Source: Candidatus Lustribacter sp. (lineage in GTDB: Bacteria; Vulcanimicrobiota; Vulcanimicrobiia; Vulcanimicrobiales; Vulcanimicrobiaceae). Taken from it: a DNA stretch of 64,000 bases. The stretch covers positions 448,001 through 512,000 of the forward strand of contig OZ255842.1 in assembly GCA_965277805.1 (NCBI GenBank). Direction: 5' to 3'. The notes under the pieces were generated by a model. It was not told the origin of the DNA, ran no database searches, and was given only the letters and a program-made list of their open reading frames with translations. Position 1 is the first letter of the stretch; each line of letters opens with the position of its first letter. Shown piece after piece: positions 46,178 to 55,756 of this stretch. Position numbers and translations under genes: made by a program.

Positions 46178-47386
46178 ATGGCAACCACGCAAGAGCAAAA
46201 CGACCGCCTGACGCAAGTTGGGCCGGGAACGCCGATGGGCAATCTCATGCGGCGCTATTGGCATCCGATCGCCGCCGCGATCGAGCTCGACGTGGATCCC
46301 GTGCGCAAGGTCCGTTTCTTCGGCGAGGACTTGACCCTCTATCGCTCCGAGGCCGGCGAATACGGTCTCGTCGAGGACCGCTGCGCGCACCGCTGCATGT
46401 CGCTCGAATTCGGCATTCCCGATGCCAAGGGGTTGCGCTGCGCCTATCACGGCTGGGTCTACGACAGCGCCGGCAAATGCGTCGAGCAGCCGTTTGAAGA
46501 TCGCGCGTTCCCCGAGGCCCGCTATCGCGATCGCATCAAGATCACAGCCTATCCGGTGCAAGAATTGGGCGGCCTGCTCTTCGCGTACTTCGGCCCCGAA
46601 CCGGCGCCGCTGCTGCCGCGCTGGGACCTGCTCGTGCGCACCGATCTCGACGTGGCGGTCGAAAAGCATCCGCTGCCGTGCAATTGGCTGCAGTGCATGG
46701 ACAACGCGGCCGATCCCGTGCACTTCGAGTTTCTGCACGCTGCATTCGGGAATTACACGCTGAAGAAGCTCGGCAAGCCGGCCGGGATGACGCAAGCGCG
46801 GCATTTGAAGATCGAGTTCGACCTCTTCCGTTACGGCATCATGAAGCGCCGGCTGCTCGAGGGCGCGCCGGAAGATTCCGATGAGTGGCGCGTCGGCCAT
46901 CCGCTGATTTTTCCGAACCTGCTCGCAGTCGGGAACGAAGGCACGTCGACCTTGCAGTACCGCATTCCGGTCGACGATACGCACACGCTGCAGATCGCGT
47001 ACCGCACCACCAAGCGCGAACCCGGCGCCGAGCCGAAAGCGATCACGGTCAAGTATTCGGAACTCTTCGACGGCGAGGGCAAGCTGGTCGCCGACACGAT
47101 TCCCAAGCAAGACATGACCGGCTGGGTCGGTCAAGGTCCGATTTCCGATCGCACGCGCGAACACCTCACCGCCAGCGACAAAGGCGTGATCTTGTACCAC
47201 AAGCTGCTGGTCGAGAACATGGATCGCGTCGAGCGCGGTGAGGACCCCATGGGCATTATCCGCGATCGCGCCGAGAACGAACCGATGGTCGACATTCGCC
47301 GCGAGAACGACGGCATGCGCACCTTCGAAGTGCGCTACGACAACTATTTCGAGCACATTCGCAAACTCGCCGACATCAAAGGGTGA
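46178..47386 (+). CDS. Rieske oxygenase alpha subunit (LigX / phthalate 4,5-dioxygenase-like)
   Basis: 'LTQVGPGTPMGNLMRRYWHP', CAH...CAYHGW, 'NAADPVHFEFLH', 'EHLTASDKGV'. Confidence 0.92.
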   Translation: MATTQEQNDRLTQVGPGTPMGNLMRRYWHPIAAAIELDVDPVRKVRFFGEDLTLYRSEAGEYGLVEDRCAHRCMSLEFGIPDAKGLRCAYHGWVYDSAGKCVEQPFEDRAFPEARYRDRIKITAYPVQELGGLLFAYFGPEPAPLLPRWDLLVRTDLDVAVEKHPLPCNWLQCMDNAADPVHFEFLHAAFGNYTLKKLGKPAGMTQARHLKIEFDLFRYGIMKRRLLEGAPEDSDEWRVGHPLIFPNLLAVGNEGTSTLQYRIPVDDTHTLQIAYRTTKREPGAEPKAITVKYSELFDGEGKLVADTIPKQDMTGWVGQGPISDRTREHLTASDKGVILYHKLLVENMDRVERGEDPMGIIRDRAENEPMVDIRRENDGMRTFEVRYDNYFEHIRKLADIKG

Positions 47387-47390
47387 CCTG

Positions 47391-48341
47391 TTGATCCCGA
47401 TAACCCGTAAGACGACGCTCGGTCTCATCGCCGCGGCGGCCGCCGCGCTGCCCGTGCGCGGCATGGCCCAAACCTCGCCCGTGCTGCGCGCTGGCGTCGA
47501 GTCGGGAGTCGAGGCGTTCTGCGAACTGCAGTACGGCGTCGAGTCGGGCGTGTTTGCGCGCGCCGGGCTGAACGTCGAGACGACGTCGTTCTCGTCGGCC
47601 GGACCGATCGCGGCAGCGCTCGCGGGCGGCGCGCTCGACGTCGGCACGGTCGACGGCATCTTGCTCGCCAACGCGGTGAACCGCGGCATCCCGCTCGTCG
47701 CGATTGCCGGCAGCGGGCTGTTCCGCGCGACCGAGCCGTCGAGCGGCTTGTGCGTGCTCACCTCGTCGCCGCTGCGCAATCCGAAGCAATTCGAAGGGCA
47801 GACGATTGCGGTCGGCACGCTCGCATCGCTGACGAGCATCTCGCTGCGCATGTGGCTTTCCCAGGGCGGCGTCGATCCGGCGAAGGTGCAGTTCGTCGAG
47901 ATGAAGTTCGGGGAGATGGCGGCCGCACTGCAGCGCGGGACGGTGGCCAGCGCCTACATGATCGAACCGATGATCACGCAGAACGTGGGCACGGTGAAGC
48001 TCGTCGCGACGCCGTACGCGGCGATCAAACCGGTGTTTCCGATCAGCCTCGTCGTCACGACGCGGGCGTGGCTCGCGCAGAACGATGCGCTCGCGCGCCG
48101 CTTCGTTGCCGCCACGTACGAGACCGCGCGCTGGGCGAATGCGAGCCGCGCGCAGACGGCCGTGCTGCTGGCCAAAGATGCGCAGCAAGACCTCAGCATC
48201 GTGCAGCGCATGCACCGCACGCAATTCGCAACGTCGCTCGACGTGCCGGCGATTCAGGCCGTGCTCGATGCGGCCGCCTCCAACAAGCTGATCGATCGTG
48301 CCACGAGCGCAACCGACCTGATCGCGCGTGTCTCCGCCTAG
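47391..48341 (+). CDS. SsuA/NMT1-like substrate-binding protein
   Basis: 'GVFARAGLNV', 'GGALDVG', 'EGQTIAV', 'VQFVEMKF'. Confidence 0.86.
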   Translation: MIPITRKTTLGLIAAAAAALPVRGMAQTSPVLRAGVESGVEAFCELQYGVESGVFARAGLNVETTSFSSAGPIAAALAGGALDVGTVDGILLANAVNRGIPLVAIAGSGLFRATEPSSGLCVLTSSPLRNPKQFEGQTIAVGTLASLTSISLRMWLSQGGVDPAKVQFVEMKFGEMAAALQRGTVASAYMIEPMITQNVGTVKLVATPYAAIKPVFPISLVVTTRAWLAQNDALARRFVAATYETARWANASRAQTAVLLAKDAQQDLSIVQRMHRTQFATSLDVPAIQAVLDAAASNKLIDRATSATDLIARVSA

Positions 48342-49548
48342 CGCGGATCAACCGCTGCGCCTGGGCGTAGCCGGGCTTGGCGTGGCGAGCACACTGTTTT
48401 TGCCCGGCGTCGAATCGTATCCGAACGCGCGCATCGTGGCCGCCGCCGACCGCCGTCCGGCGGCGCTCGCCGCGTTTGCGGAACGCTATCGCGCCAACAC
48501 CTACGATTCGGTTGAGGCGCTGTGCAGCGATCCGGACGTCGACGTCGTCTGGATCGCGACGCCGAACCAGTTCCACTGCGAACACACGATCCTCGCGGCG
48601 GAACACAAGAAGCACGTCGTGTGCACGAAGCCGATGGCGCTGGGCGTCGATGAAGCGCGGCGCATGTGCGAAGCGGCGGAGCGCAACGGCGTGCAGCTGC
48701 TGTGCGGTCAGACGTGGAGCATGAGCCCCGACGTGCAAGCGATGTGGCGCGTCGTGACGTCGGGCGAACTCGGCGGCTTGATCGCGATCAACACGTGGCT
48801 CTCCACCGACTGGCTGCTCAAGCCGCGCATGCCCGAAGAACTCGATGAAGCGCTTGGCGGCGGCGTCGTCTACCGCCACGCACCGCACCTGATCGACACG
48901 GTGCGTTTGCTCGGTGGCGGGCGCCTGCGCAGCGTGCGCGGTTCGGTCGGCCGCTGGATGCCCGAACGCCCGTGTCCCGGAAATTTCTCCGCCTACCTGG
49001 AGTTCGAAGACGGCACACCGGGGACGATCGCCTACAACGGATACGGCTACTTCGACACCTCCGAACTCACGTGGGGCATCGGTAATCGGCTCTATACCGA
49101 CGACGAGCGCATCGGCGTACGCCGCGCGCTCAGGGCAGGCACGTTCGACAACGACGGTGCGAAAGAAGAGATGCGCTTCGGCGCCGCCCGCACCGTCGCG
49201 GCCAACACCGGGGGTACGCCGACGGTTGCGGGAACGCGCGCGCACATCGGCTGGTTCGGCATCACGGTTGCGAGTTGCGAGCGCGGTGACGTGCGCCAAT
49301 CACCCAACGGCCTCTACGTCTACGACGCGAACGGCCGCCGCGAAATCCCCGTCACCGGCGGCCGCGGCACCGGCATGCTCGAGATGCGCGAAATGTACGA
49401 GTGCCTCCACAACAACGTCCCCATCACCCACGACGGCCGCTGGGCCCTAGCCACCCTCGAAGTAGGCATGGCCATCCTAGCCTCAGGCGAGCAACGAAAA
49501 GAAATACTTCTCGAGCACCAGTGCGAGATCGCGCACGCGGTGAAATGA
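48328..49548 (+). CDS. Gfo/Idh/MocA oxidoreductase (cis-dihydrodiol dehydrogenase-like)
   Basis: 'LGVAGLG', 'IATPNQFH', 'KPMA', 'GGGVVYRHAPHLID', 'YNGYGYFD', 'HDGRWALATLEV'. Confidence 0.88.
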   Translation: MSPPSADQPLRLGVAGLGVASTLFLPGVESYPNARIVAAADRRPAALAAFAERYRANTYDSVEALCSDPDVDVVWIATPNQFHCEHTILAAEHKKHVVCTKPMALGVDEARRMCEAAERNGVQLLCGQTWSMSPDVQAMWRVVTSGELGGLIAINTWLSTDWLLKPRMPEELDEALGGGVVYRHAPHLIDTVRLLGGGRLRSVRGSVGRWMPERPCPGNFSAYLEFEDGTPGTIAYNGYGYFDTSELTWGIGNRLYTDDERIGVRRALRAGTFDNDGAKEEMRFGAARTVAANTGGTPTVAGTRAHIGWFGITVASCERGDVRQSPNGLYVYDANGRREIPVTGGRGTGMLEMREMYECLHNNVPITHDGRWALATLEVGMAILASGEQRKEILLEHQCEIAHAVK

Positions 49549-49565
49549 ACGAAGAAAAAAAATGG

Positions 49566-49695
49566 TGTCATTCCGAGCGAAGTGCCGAAGGCACGTAGAC
49601 GAGGAACGAGCCACGATTCTCGCGGTCGCACGCTAAATGCTGAGACTATCTCGGATTCCTCGTCAGCGTCCGTTCGGCACTTGCTCGGAATGACA
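49566..49695. repeat. Full-length palindromic REP/MITE-like element (copy B)
   Basis: tgtcattccgagc...gctcggaatgaca, imperfect IR of about 40 bp; internal cgcggtcgcac...tctcgg shared with copy A. Confidence 0.88.
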
Positions 49696-50035
49696 TGGCA
49701 CACGCAATCCACCAAATGAGAAGCAACTGGAGAGGCACGCGTAGCCAGATCACCCACGCTGGTGCGACGGATGCGAAGTGGGCGGCTTCGATGGCCATGT
49801 AGATGTTGGCCGGCCACACGGCGATGAGGAGCGCGATGAGACCGATGGCGGCGGCCTTGCGAGTGGCGGGGATGAGGAGGCCGATGCCGCCGGCGAGTTC
49901 GGCGACGCCGCTGATTGCAACGAGCAGATCCGCATGGCCGAGTTGGGGTGGGATGATCGAGGTGAAGATTTCCGAATGTGTGATGTGCGCGGTGCCCGAG
50001 GTCAGGAACAGCGCTGCCGGCGCGCCGATGCGCAA
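49646..50035 (-). CDS. DoxX-like membrane protein (start uncertain)
   Basis: 'SGVAELAGGIGLL', 'VWPANIYMA', 'LRVPLQ'; C-terminus reads into repeat B. Confidence 0.8.
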   Translation of the reverse strand: MRIGAPAALFLTSGTAHITHSEIFTSIIPPQLGHADLLVAISGVAELAGGIGLLIPATRKAAAIGLIALLIAVWPANIYMAIEAAHFASVAPAWVIWLRVPLQLLLIWWIACAMSFRASAERTLTRNPR

Positions 50036-50064
50036 GAGCCAGCGCAGGATCCGGGCGCCGGGGC

Positions 50065-50772
50065 TTAGTCGAAGAGCGATGGTGTTGCTATCGCGGTATC
50101 CGCAACCGGCTTGATCAGGGCTTCGTCGTCGAAGCGCGCGTTGCCGACGCGCGGTGCGACCGGGTTTGCGGTCCACCATTCCGGCGGGCTCGGCGTCAGC
50201 AACGCAAAGAGCGACTCCGAGTCGCGCTCGCCTTCTGCGAGCCATTCACGCGCGCGCTCGACGTCGAGAACGGCCGGCATGCGCGAATGGATCGTCGCCA
50301 TGAACGCGTTGGCCGGTTGCGTGACGATCGTCGCGCTGGTGAGCGTTTCATCGCCCGCCGGCGAGGTCCACACGTCCCACAGGCCGGCAAACACGAACGG
50401 CTCGTCGTCCGCGCGGTGAATCCACAGCGGCGTCTTGCCGCCGTCGGGGTCGGTACGCCATTCATAGAAGCCGTCGGCGAAGATCGCACAGCGGCGTGTG
50501 TGAAACGCGTCGCGATAGGTCGGCGCTTTGGCGATCGTCTCGATGCGCGCGTTGAAGGTCGAGAGCTTTACCGCCGACGGGTGCTCGGCGTGCGGCGGCA
50601 CGAGTCCCCAGCGCACCTCTTCGACGCTGCGGTCAGCATCGTTGAGGACGGCGACGATCGGCTGCGTCGGCGCGATGTTGAAGCGGCTACGCAGCGAGCG
50701 CGCGACGCTCTTGCTGCCGAGCGTCTTTGCGAGCGGCCAGGGCGGTTTGCGCAGTGTGAAACGGGCGCACAT
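50065..50772 (-). CDS. SOS response-associated peptidase (SRAP/YedK/HMCES family)
   Basis: N-terminal MC-x-RF, 'FNIAPTQ', 'WGLVP', 'NARIET', 'GFYEW', 'IHSRMP'. Confidence 0.94.
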   Translation of the reverse strand: MCARFTLRKPPWPLAKTLGSKSVARSLRSRFNIAPTQPIVAVLNDADRSVEEVRWGLVPPHAEHPSAVKLSTFNARIETIAKAPTYRDAFHTRRCAIFADGFYEWRTDPDGGKTPLWIHRADDEPFVFAGLWDVWTSPAGDETLTSATIVTQPANAFMATIHSRMPAVLDVERAREWLAEGERDSESLFALLTPSPPEWWTANPVAPRVGNARFDDEALIKPVADTAIATPSLFD

Positions 50773-51339
50773 TCACTTCGCGCCCTGCCACCGCCGGAAG
50801 AGGTCGTTGTCGATGTTGAATTGATCGAGCACCTTGCCGACCGTGTGGTTCACGACGTCTTCGATCGTCTTCGGCCGGGAGTACGTGCCCGGAACCGGCG
50901 GCAAGATGATCGCGCCGGCTTCGGCCGCACGCGTGAGGTTGCGCAGGTGGTTGACGTGCAGCGGCGTCTCACGCACCACCAGCACCAGCGTGCGGCGTTC
51001 CTTGAGGCAAACGTCGGCGGCGCGTACGAGCAGGTTGTCGTTGAGCGAGTAGGCGATCGCCGAGGCCGAGCGCATCGAGCACGGCACCACGATCATGCCG
51101 TCGGTCTTGAACGATCCCGACGAAATCGACGCAGCTAAGTTGCCGCTGTCGTGCAGCACGTCGGCGTAGGCTTCCAATTCGGGCGGCTTGACGTCGGTCT
51201 CGAGTTCGACCGTTTGTTTGGCCTGCGGTGAGATCACGAGGTGGACCTCGATGCCGCCGATCGCGCGCAGTGCCTTCAACGTTTGGATCGCATAGATGCT
51301 GCCGCTGGCACCCGACACACCGACGATGATTCTGCGCAT
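50773..51339 (-). CDS. ubiX: Flavin prenyltransferase
   Basis: 'VGVSGASG', 'ISSGSF', 'PCSM', 'RAADVCLKERR', 'RETPL'. Confidence 0.95.
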   Translation of the reverse strand: MRRIIVGVSGASGSIYAIQTLKALRAIGGIEVHLVISPQAKQTVELETDVKPPELEAYADVLHDSGNLAASISSGSFKTDGMIVVPCSMRSASAIAYSLNDNLLVRAADVCLKERRTLVLVVRETPLHVNHLRNLTRAAEAGAIILPPVPGTYSRPKTIEDVVNHTVGKVLDQFNIDNDLFRRWQGAK

Positions 51340-51394
51340 TACCGCACCGTTTCCGGGGCATGGACGCCGAACCTCCGGGGGGAAGGATCGGGCC

Positions 51395-52204
51395 ATGAAC
51401 GGCAACGGTTCCGGCGCCAAGACGGTCGCCGTCCTGGGGCTCGGCGAAGCCGGCTCGCTGCTGGCGCGCGACCTGGTCCGCGGCGGCGCCATCGTGCGCG
51501 GCTGGGATCCCGATTTTCACGGCGACCTGAGCGAGATTCCGCGCGCTGCAAGCGCCGCTGCCGCCGTCAGCGGCGCCGACGTCGTCATCTCGGTGAACTG
51601 GGCAACCGTCGCCGCCGATGTGGCGCGCGACGCGGTACCGCACCTGCATCGCGGGATGATCTACGCCGATCACAACACCTCGAGTCCGAAACTCAAGCAA
51701 GAACTCGCGGCGATCGTTGCGCCGAGCGGCGCAGCGTTCATCGACGTTGCGATGATGGCGCCGGTGCCGCCGCTCGGGATGCGCGTGGGGATGTTCATGG
51801 CCGGCGACGGCGCGGAAGAACTGGCCGCGTTCTACCGGCACTTCGGCACGCCGGTCGGATTCATCGGCACGAAGCCCGGCGAAGCGAACGCGCGCAAGTT
51901 GTGCCGTTCGGTGTTCTTCAAGGGCATGTCGTCGTCGATCTACGAAGCGCTCGAAGCGGCGCGCGCTGTCGGCGTTGAGGACTGGCTTCGTTCGGACATC
52001 ATCCGTACGCTGGTTGAAGCGGATGCATCGACGCTCGATCGCATCGTCGACGGCACGGAGAAGCACGCGGTCCGCCGCGCGCACGAGATGCGCGACGCCG
52101 AGGCGATGCTGCGCGAGCTGGGCACGCCGCTGACCATGGTGACGGCAACGGCCGAGTCGCTCGAACGGATCGCCGGCGAGAAGAAGGTCCCCGCGCACCG
52201 GTGA
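51395..52204 (+). CDS. NAD(P)-dependent oxidoreductase (DUF1932-type)
   Basis: 'LGLGEAG', 'KLCRSVFFKG', 'HAVRRAHEM'. Confidence 0.85.
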   Translation: MNGNGSGAKTVAVLGLGEAGSLLARDLVRGGAIVRGWDPDFHGDLSEIPRAASAAAAVSGADVVISVNWATVAADVARDAVPHLHRGMIYADHNTSSPKLKQELAAIVAPSGAAFIDVAMMAPVPPLGMRVGMFMAGDGAEELAAFYRHFGTPVGFIGTKPGEANARKLCRSVFFKGMSSSIYEALEAARAVGVEDWLRSDIIRTLVEADASTLDRIVDGTEKHAVRRAHEMRDAEAMLRELGTPLTMVTATAESLERIAGEKKVPAHR

Positions 52205-52995
52205 TGGGTGCACCGGCGATCGTCCTGCGGGACGTCGGCAAGGTTTTCGTGCGCGACGACGGCACGGCCGTCGCGGTGCTCGAGCACGTCAGCTTCGAAA
52301 TCGCCGCCGGCAGTTTCGTGTGCCTCGTCGGCCGCAGCGGCAGCGGCAAATCGACGATCCTCAACATGATCGCCGGATTGCTCGAACCCACGAGCGGAAC
52401 GATCGCCTTCGCCGACGGCGTCACCAAACGGCCGCGCCTCGACATCGGCTATCTGACGCAGAAGGAAACGCTGCTGCCATGGCGCGACCTGCTGCACAAC
52501 GTCGCGATGCCGCTCGAAGTGCGCGGCGTCGATAAAGCGCAACGCGAAGCGCGCGCCCGCGAGCTCATTCGCCGCGTCGGACTCACCGACGCGGAAAAAC
52601 GCTATCCGCGCGAGCTCTCGGGCGGCATGTCGCGACGCGCCTCGCTCGCGCGCATGCTGGCAAGCGACCCGGCCACGCTCTTGCTGGACGAGCCCTTCGG
52701 TGCGCTCGACGCGCAGCTGCGCGGCGACCTGCAAGCCGAGCTGCTGCAGCTCTGGCAGGGCAGCGGCAAGACGATCGTGTTCGTGACGCACGACATCGAC
52801 GAAGCGCTGCTGCTGGCCGATCGCGTGATCGCGCTGCAGTCCGGCGGCCGCATCGCGGTCGACGTCGAGCTGCCGCCGGCGCGGCCGCGCAGTCAGCGCG
52901 AAGTCCGCTTCGGCCCCGAGTTCATCGCGCTGCACGAGCGATTGCTCGACGCGCTCACCACCGACCCCGGCGCGCGCAGCGCCGCCGCCGTATGA
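52201..52995 (+). CDS. ABC transporter ATP-binding protein (SsuB/TauB-like)
   Basis: GRSGSGKST, LSGGM, LLDEPFGALD, VTHD. Confidence 0.95.
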   Translation: MMGAPAIVLRDVGKVFVRDDGTAVAVLEHVSFEIAAGSFVCLVGRSGSGKSTILNMIAGLLEPTSGTIAFADGVTKRPRLDIGYLTQKETLLPWRDLLHNVAMPLEVRGVDKAQREARARELIRRVGLTDAEKRYPRELSGGMSRRASLARMLASDPATLLLDEPFGALDAQLRGDLQAELLQLWQGSGKTIVFVTHDIDEALLLADRVIALQSGGRIAVDVELPPARPRSQREVRFGPEFIALHERLLDALTTDPGARSAAAV

Positions 52996-53819
52996 ACGCG
53001 ACGCTCTCGGCGGTCGAATCGCGCCGCAACGTGCGCGCGCGCCACAACCTGCGCATCCTTCTCGCGCGCACCGCACTTTTCATCGCCGTCGTCGGATTGT
53101 GGCAGCTCGGCTCGAATCTCAACCTGATCGATGCCACCGTCGTGCCGAGCCCGCTCGCCATCGGCGCGAGCCTGTGGAAGATTACCCTCAACGGTCAGCT
53201 CGTCTTTCACTCGTGGATCACGATCCAGGAAACGATCGCGGGCTTCTTGATCGGCGCGATCGGCGGCATCGTCCTGGGCTTCGCGATCGGGCGTTATCCC
53301 GCGCTCGCCGAAGTGCTCGACCCGTTCATCCTGGCGATCTACAGCGTGCCCAAGGTCGCGCTCGCGCCCCTGTTCGTCGTCTGGTTCGGCATCGGCATCT
53401 TCATGAAGATCGTGCTGGCGGCGGTGACGGTGCTGTTCATCGTGTTCTTCAACACCCTGGCCGGCGTGCGCAACGTCGATCGCGACCTGGTTGACGCCGT
53501 CTGGCTCATGGGCGCCAAACCGCGCGACGTACTCTTCAAAGTGCTGGTGCCCTCGGCGATGAGCTGGGCCCTCACGGGCGTGCGCATCTCGATTCCCTAC
53601 GCGCTGATCGGTGCGATCATCGGCGAGCTGATCGCCTCGAACCGCGGGATCGGCTACCTGATCTCATCGGCCGCTTCGGCTTACGATACGGCGGGCGTCT
53701 TCGCCGCGCTCATCGTATTAACGGTGCTGGCGATGCTACTCAACGCCGTCGTCGACGAGATCGACCGCCGCCTTTCCAAGTGGAAAGTCGACGCTTCCGT
53801 GAGCATACGAGGAACGTAA
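52992..53819 (+). CDS. ABC transporter permease (SsuC/TauC-like)
   Basis: 'PKVALAPLFVVWFGIG', EAA-like 'DAVWLMGA', 'GIGYLI'. Confidence 0.94.
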   Translation: MNATLSAVESRRNVRARHNLRILLARTALFIAVVGLWQLGSNLNLIDATVVPSPLAIGASLWKITLNGQLVFHSWITIQETIAGFLIGAIGGIVLGFAIGRYPALAEVLDPFILAIYSVPKVALAPLFVVWFGIGIFMKIVLAAVTVLFIVFFNTLAGVRNVDRDLVDAVWLMGAKPRDVLFKVLVPSAMSWALTGVRISIPYALIGAIIGELIASNRGIGYLISSAASAYDTAGVFAALIVLTVLAMLLNAVVDEIDRRLSKWKVDASVSIRGT

Positions 53820-53822
53820 CCC

Positions 53823-54860
53823 ATGCAAGTCACGCGCAAACACGCCCTTACCGCGCTGGGCGGCGCCGCTACGGCGGTCGCGTTCCCGGCGATCGTGCGC
53901 TCGGCAACGCAGTCGCTGCAGGTCGGGCAAATCGGCAATTCGGTCGCCTTCTTCCCGGTCTTCGCGGCCGACAAGCTGGGCTATTACAAGGATGCCGGCC
54001 TCGACGTCACGGCGACTTCGTTCTCCACCGGGACGCTCGTCGGCACGGCGGTCACCTCCAACAGCATCGATATCGGCAACTCGGTGATCACCGACGTCTT
54101 CGCGCTGCTCAAGGCAAACCGGCCGGTGAAGCTGATCGGCTCGCTCTGCGACGCATACTACATCGACATCGTCGCTTCGAATCAGTTCCTCGCTGCCACC
54201 AAGCTGACGCGCGCGAGCAGCCTTGCCGACAAAATCAACGGGCTCAAGGGCAAGCGCGTGGGCATCACCGGACCGGGTTCGGGAACGCAAGCGCTGGTCG
54301 ATTATATCTTCCGCCTGCAAGGGCTCGACTCGACGCGCGACGTCGAACTCGTAAACGTCGGCGCCGATCAAAGTGCCGTGCTGCAAACGATGAAAACGGG
54401 ACGCATCGATGCGGTGTCCTTCGCCTGGCCGATGACGATGATCGCCGAGGCGAACAACATCGGCAAAGGGTTCATCGTGCCGGCGGCCGGCGACGTGCCC
54501 TCGATGCGCGATCAAGTGCAAGGCGTGATCTACGCGAAGCCCGACGTCATCGCGAAACGGCAGGATGCCGTCGTCGCATACGTGCACGCGATCGCGCGCG
54601 CCGAAACCTATATCCACCAAAACACGAACCAGGCGCGCGGCTTGCTCAAGCAGTACGACGGCGCGCTAAGCGATCCCGCGATCGAGGCGTTGCTGGCGGC
54701 CTATGTTCCGGCGCTGCCGCATCAAGCCGATATTGCGGCCAACAGCTACGAGAAAGCCCTGCAATTCCACCGCTTGACCGGCTTTGCCGGCCCGGCGGGC
54801 AACACGTTCCCCGAGGTCGTCGACTCGACGACCATGCTGAAAGCGACCCGCCGCTCATGA
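53823..54860 (+). CDS. SsuA/NMT1-like substrate-binding protein
   Basis: 'GYYKDAGLDV', 'LKGKRVGITGPGS', 'GRIDA'. Confidence 0.9.
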   Translation: MQVTRKHALTALGGAATAVAFPAIVRSATQSLQVGQIGNSVAFFPVFAADKLGYYKDAGLDVTATSFSTGTLVGTAVTSNSIDIGNSVITDVFALLKANRPVKLIGSLCDAYYIDIVASNQFLAATKLTRASSLADKINGLKGKRVGITGPGSGTQALVDYIFRLQGLDSTRDVELVNVGADQSAVLQTMKTGRIDAVSFAWPMTMIAEANNIGKGFIVPAAGDVPSMRDQVQGVIYAKPDVIAKRQDAVVAYVHAIARAETYIHQNTNQARGLLKQYDGALSDPAIEALLAAYVPALPHQADIAANSYEKALQFHRLTGFAGPAGNTFPEVVDSTTMLKATRRS

Positions 54861-55756
54861 AACTTTGCCGCTTTGGAGAAAACCGCTACGGGGTCGTCCG
54901 CGACGGCCAGGTCTACGACGTCACCGAACGCGTTGCGAAGGCGGTCGTTGCCGCACCGCTGCAGCGCGGCGACGCCGCGATCGTGAACCTCGAGGCGATC
55001 GTGCGCCTCGTTGAGGGCGCGAAGCTCGGCGAGCCCGTGGGCGCCGCCGACAACACGAAATTCTTAGCGCCGGTGATCAATCCGACGAAGATCGTCTGCG
55101 CGCCGGTGAACTACGAAGCGCACATTGCCGAATCGGAAGCCGATCCCGGCATTACGTTCAACCACGCGGTCGCGCGCATCGATAAAGCCGGCCTGTTTCT
55201 CAAGGCATCGAGCGCGCTCATCGGTCCGAGCGAGGGCGTGGCCGTGCGCTTCTCCGACCGCCGAACCGATCACGAGATCGAACTCGGCGTGGTCATCGGC
55301 CGCGAGTGCCGCAACGTTTCGGAGAAAGACGCGCTCGACGTCGTGGCCGGCTACGCGATCGCGCTCGACATGACCGTGCGCGGCACGGAAGACCGCAGCT
55401 TCCGCAAGTCGATCGATTCGTACGCCGTCCTCGGTCCGTGGCTCGTGACGCCGGACGAACTGCCCGAACCCGACAGCGTCGACTTTTCGCTCAAGGTCAA
55501 CGGCGAAGTGCGTCAACAGTCCAACACGCGCCACCTGATCTTCAAGACGCGCAAGCTGATCGCGTGGGCGTCGAACTGGTACACACTCTATCCGGGCGAC
55601 ATCATCATGACGGGAACGCCCGAAGGCGTCAGCCCGGTCGCTCCGGGCGACGTGATGGATTGCGAGATGCAGTATATCGGCAAGATGCGCGTGGACGTGC
55701 GCGCCGCGGCGGTGTACACGAGCGACAGCCACGCATCGGAAGTGCTGGTGGGATGA
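54857..55756 (+). CDS. Fumarylacetoacetate hydrolase family protein
   Basis: 'KIVCAPVNY', 'DHEIELGVVIG', 'LGPWLVT', 'LYPGDIIMTGTPEGV'. Confidence 0.93.
   Translation: MKLCRFGENRYGVVRDGQVYDVTERVAKAVVAAPLQRGDAAIVNLEAIVRLVEGAKLGEPVGAADNTKFLAPVINPTKIVCAPVNYEAHIAESEADPGITFNHAVARIDKAGLFLKASSALIGPSEGVAVRFSDRRTDHEIELGVVIGRECRNVSEKDALDVVAGYAIALDMTVRGTEDRSFRKSIDSYAVLGPWLVTPDELPEPDSVDFSLKVNGEVRQQSNTRHLIFKTRKLIAWASNWYTLYPGDIIMTGTPEGVSPVAPGDVMDCEMQYIGKMRVDVRAAAVYTSDSHASEVLVG

Noticed and set aside
45215-48341. Binding-protein-fold genes as 4,5-dihydroxyphthalate decarboxylase
   Set aside because: Both have export signal peptides and resemble the other transport-type binding proteins
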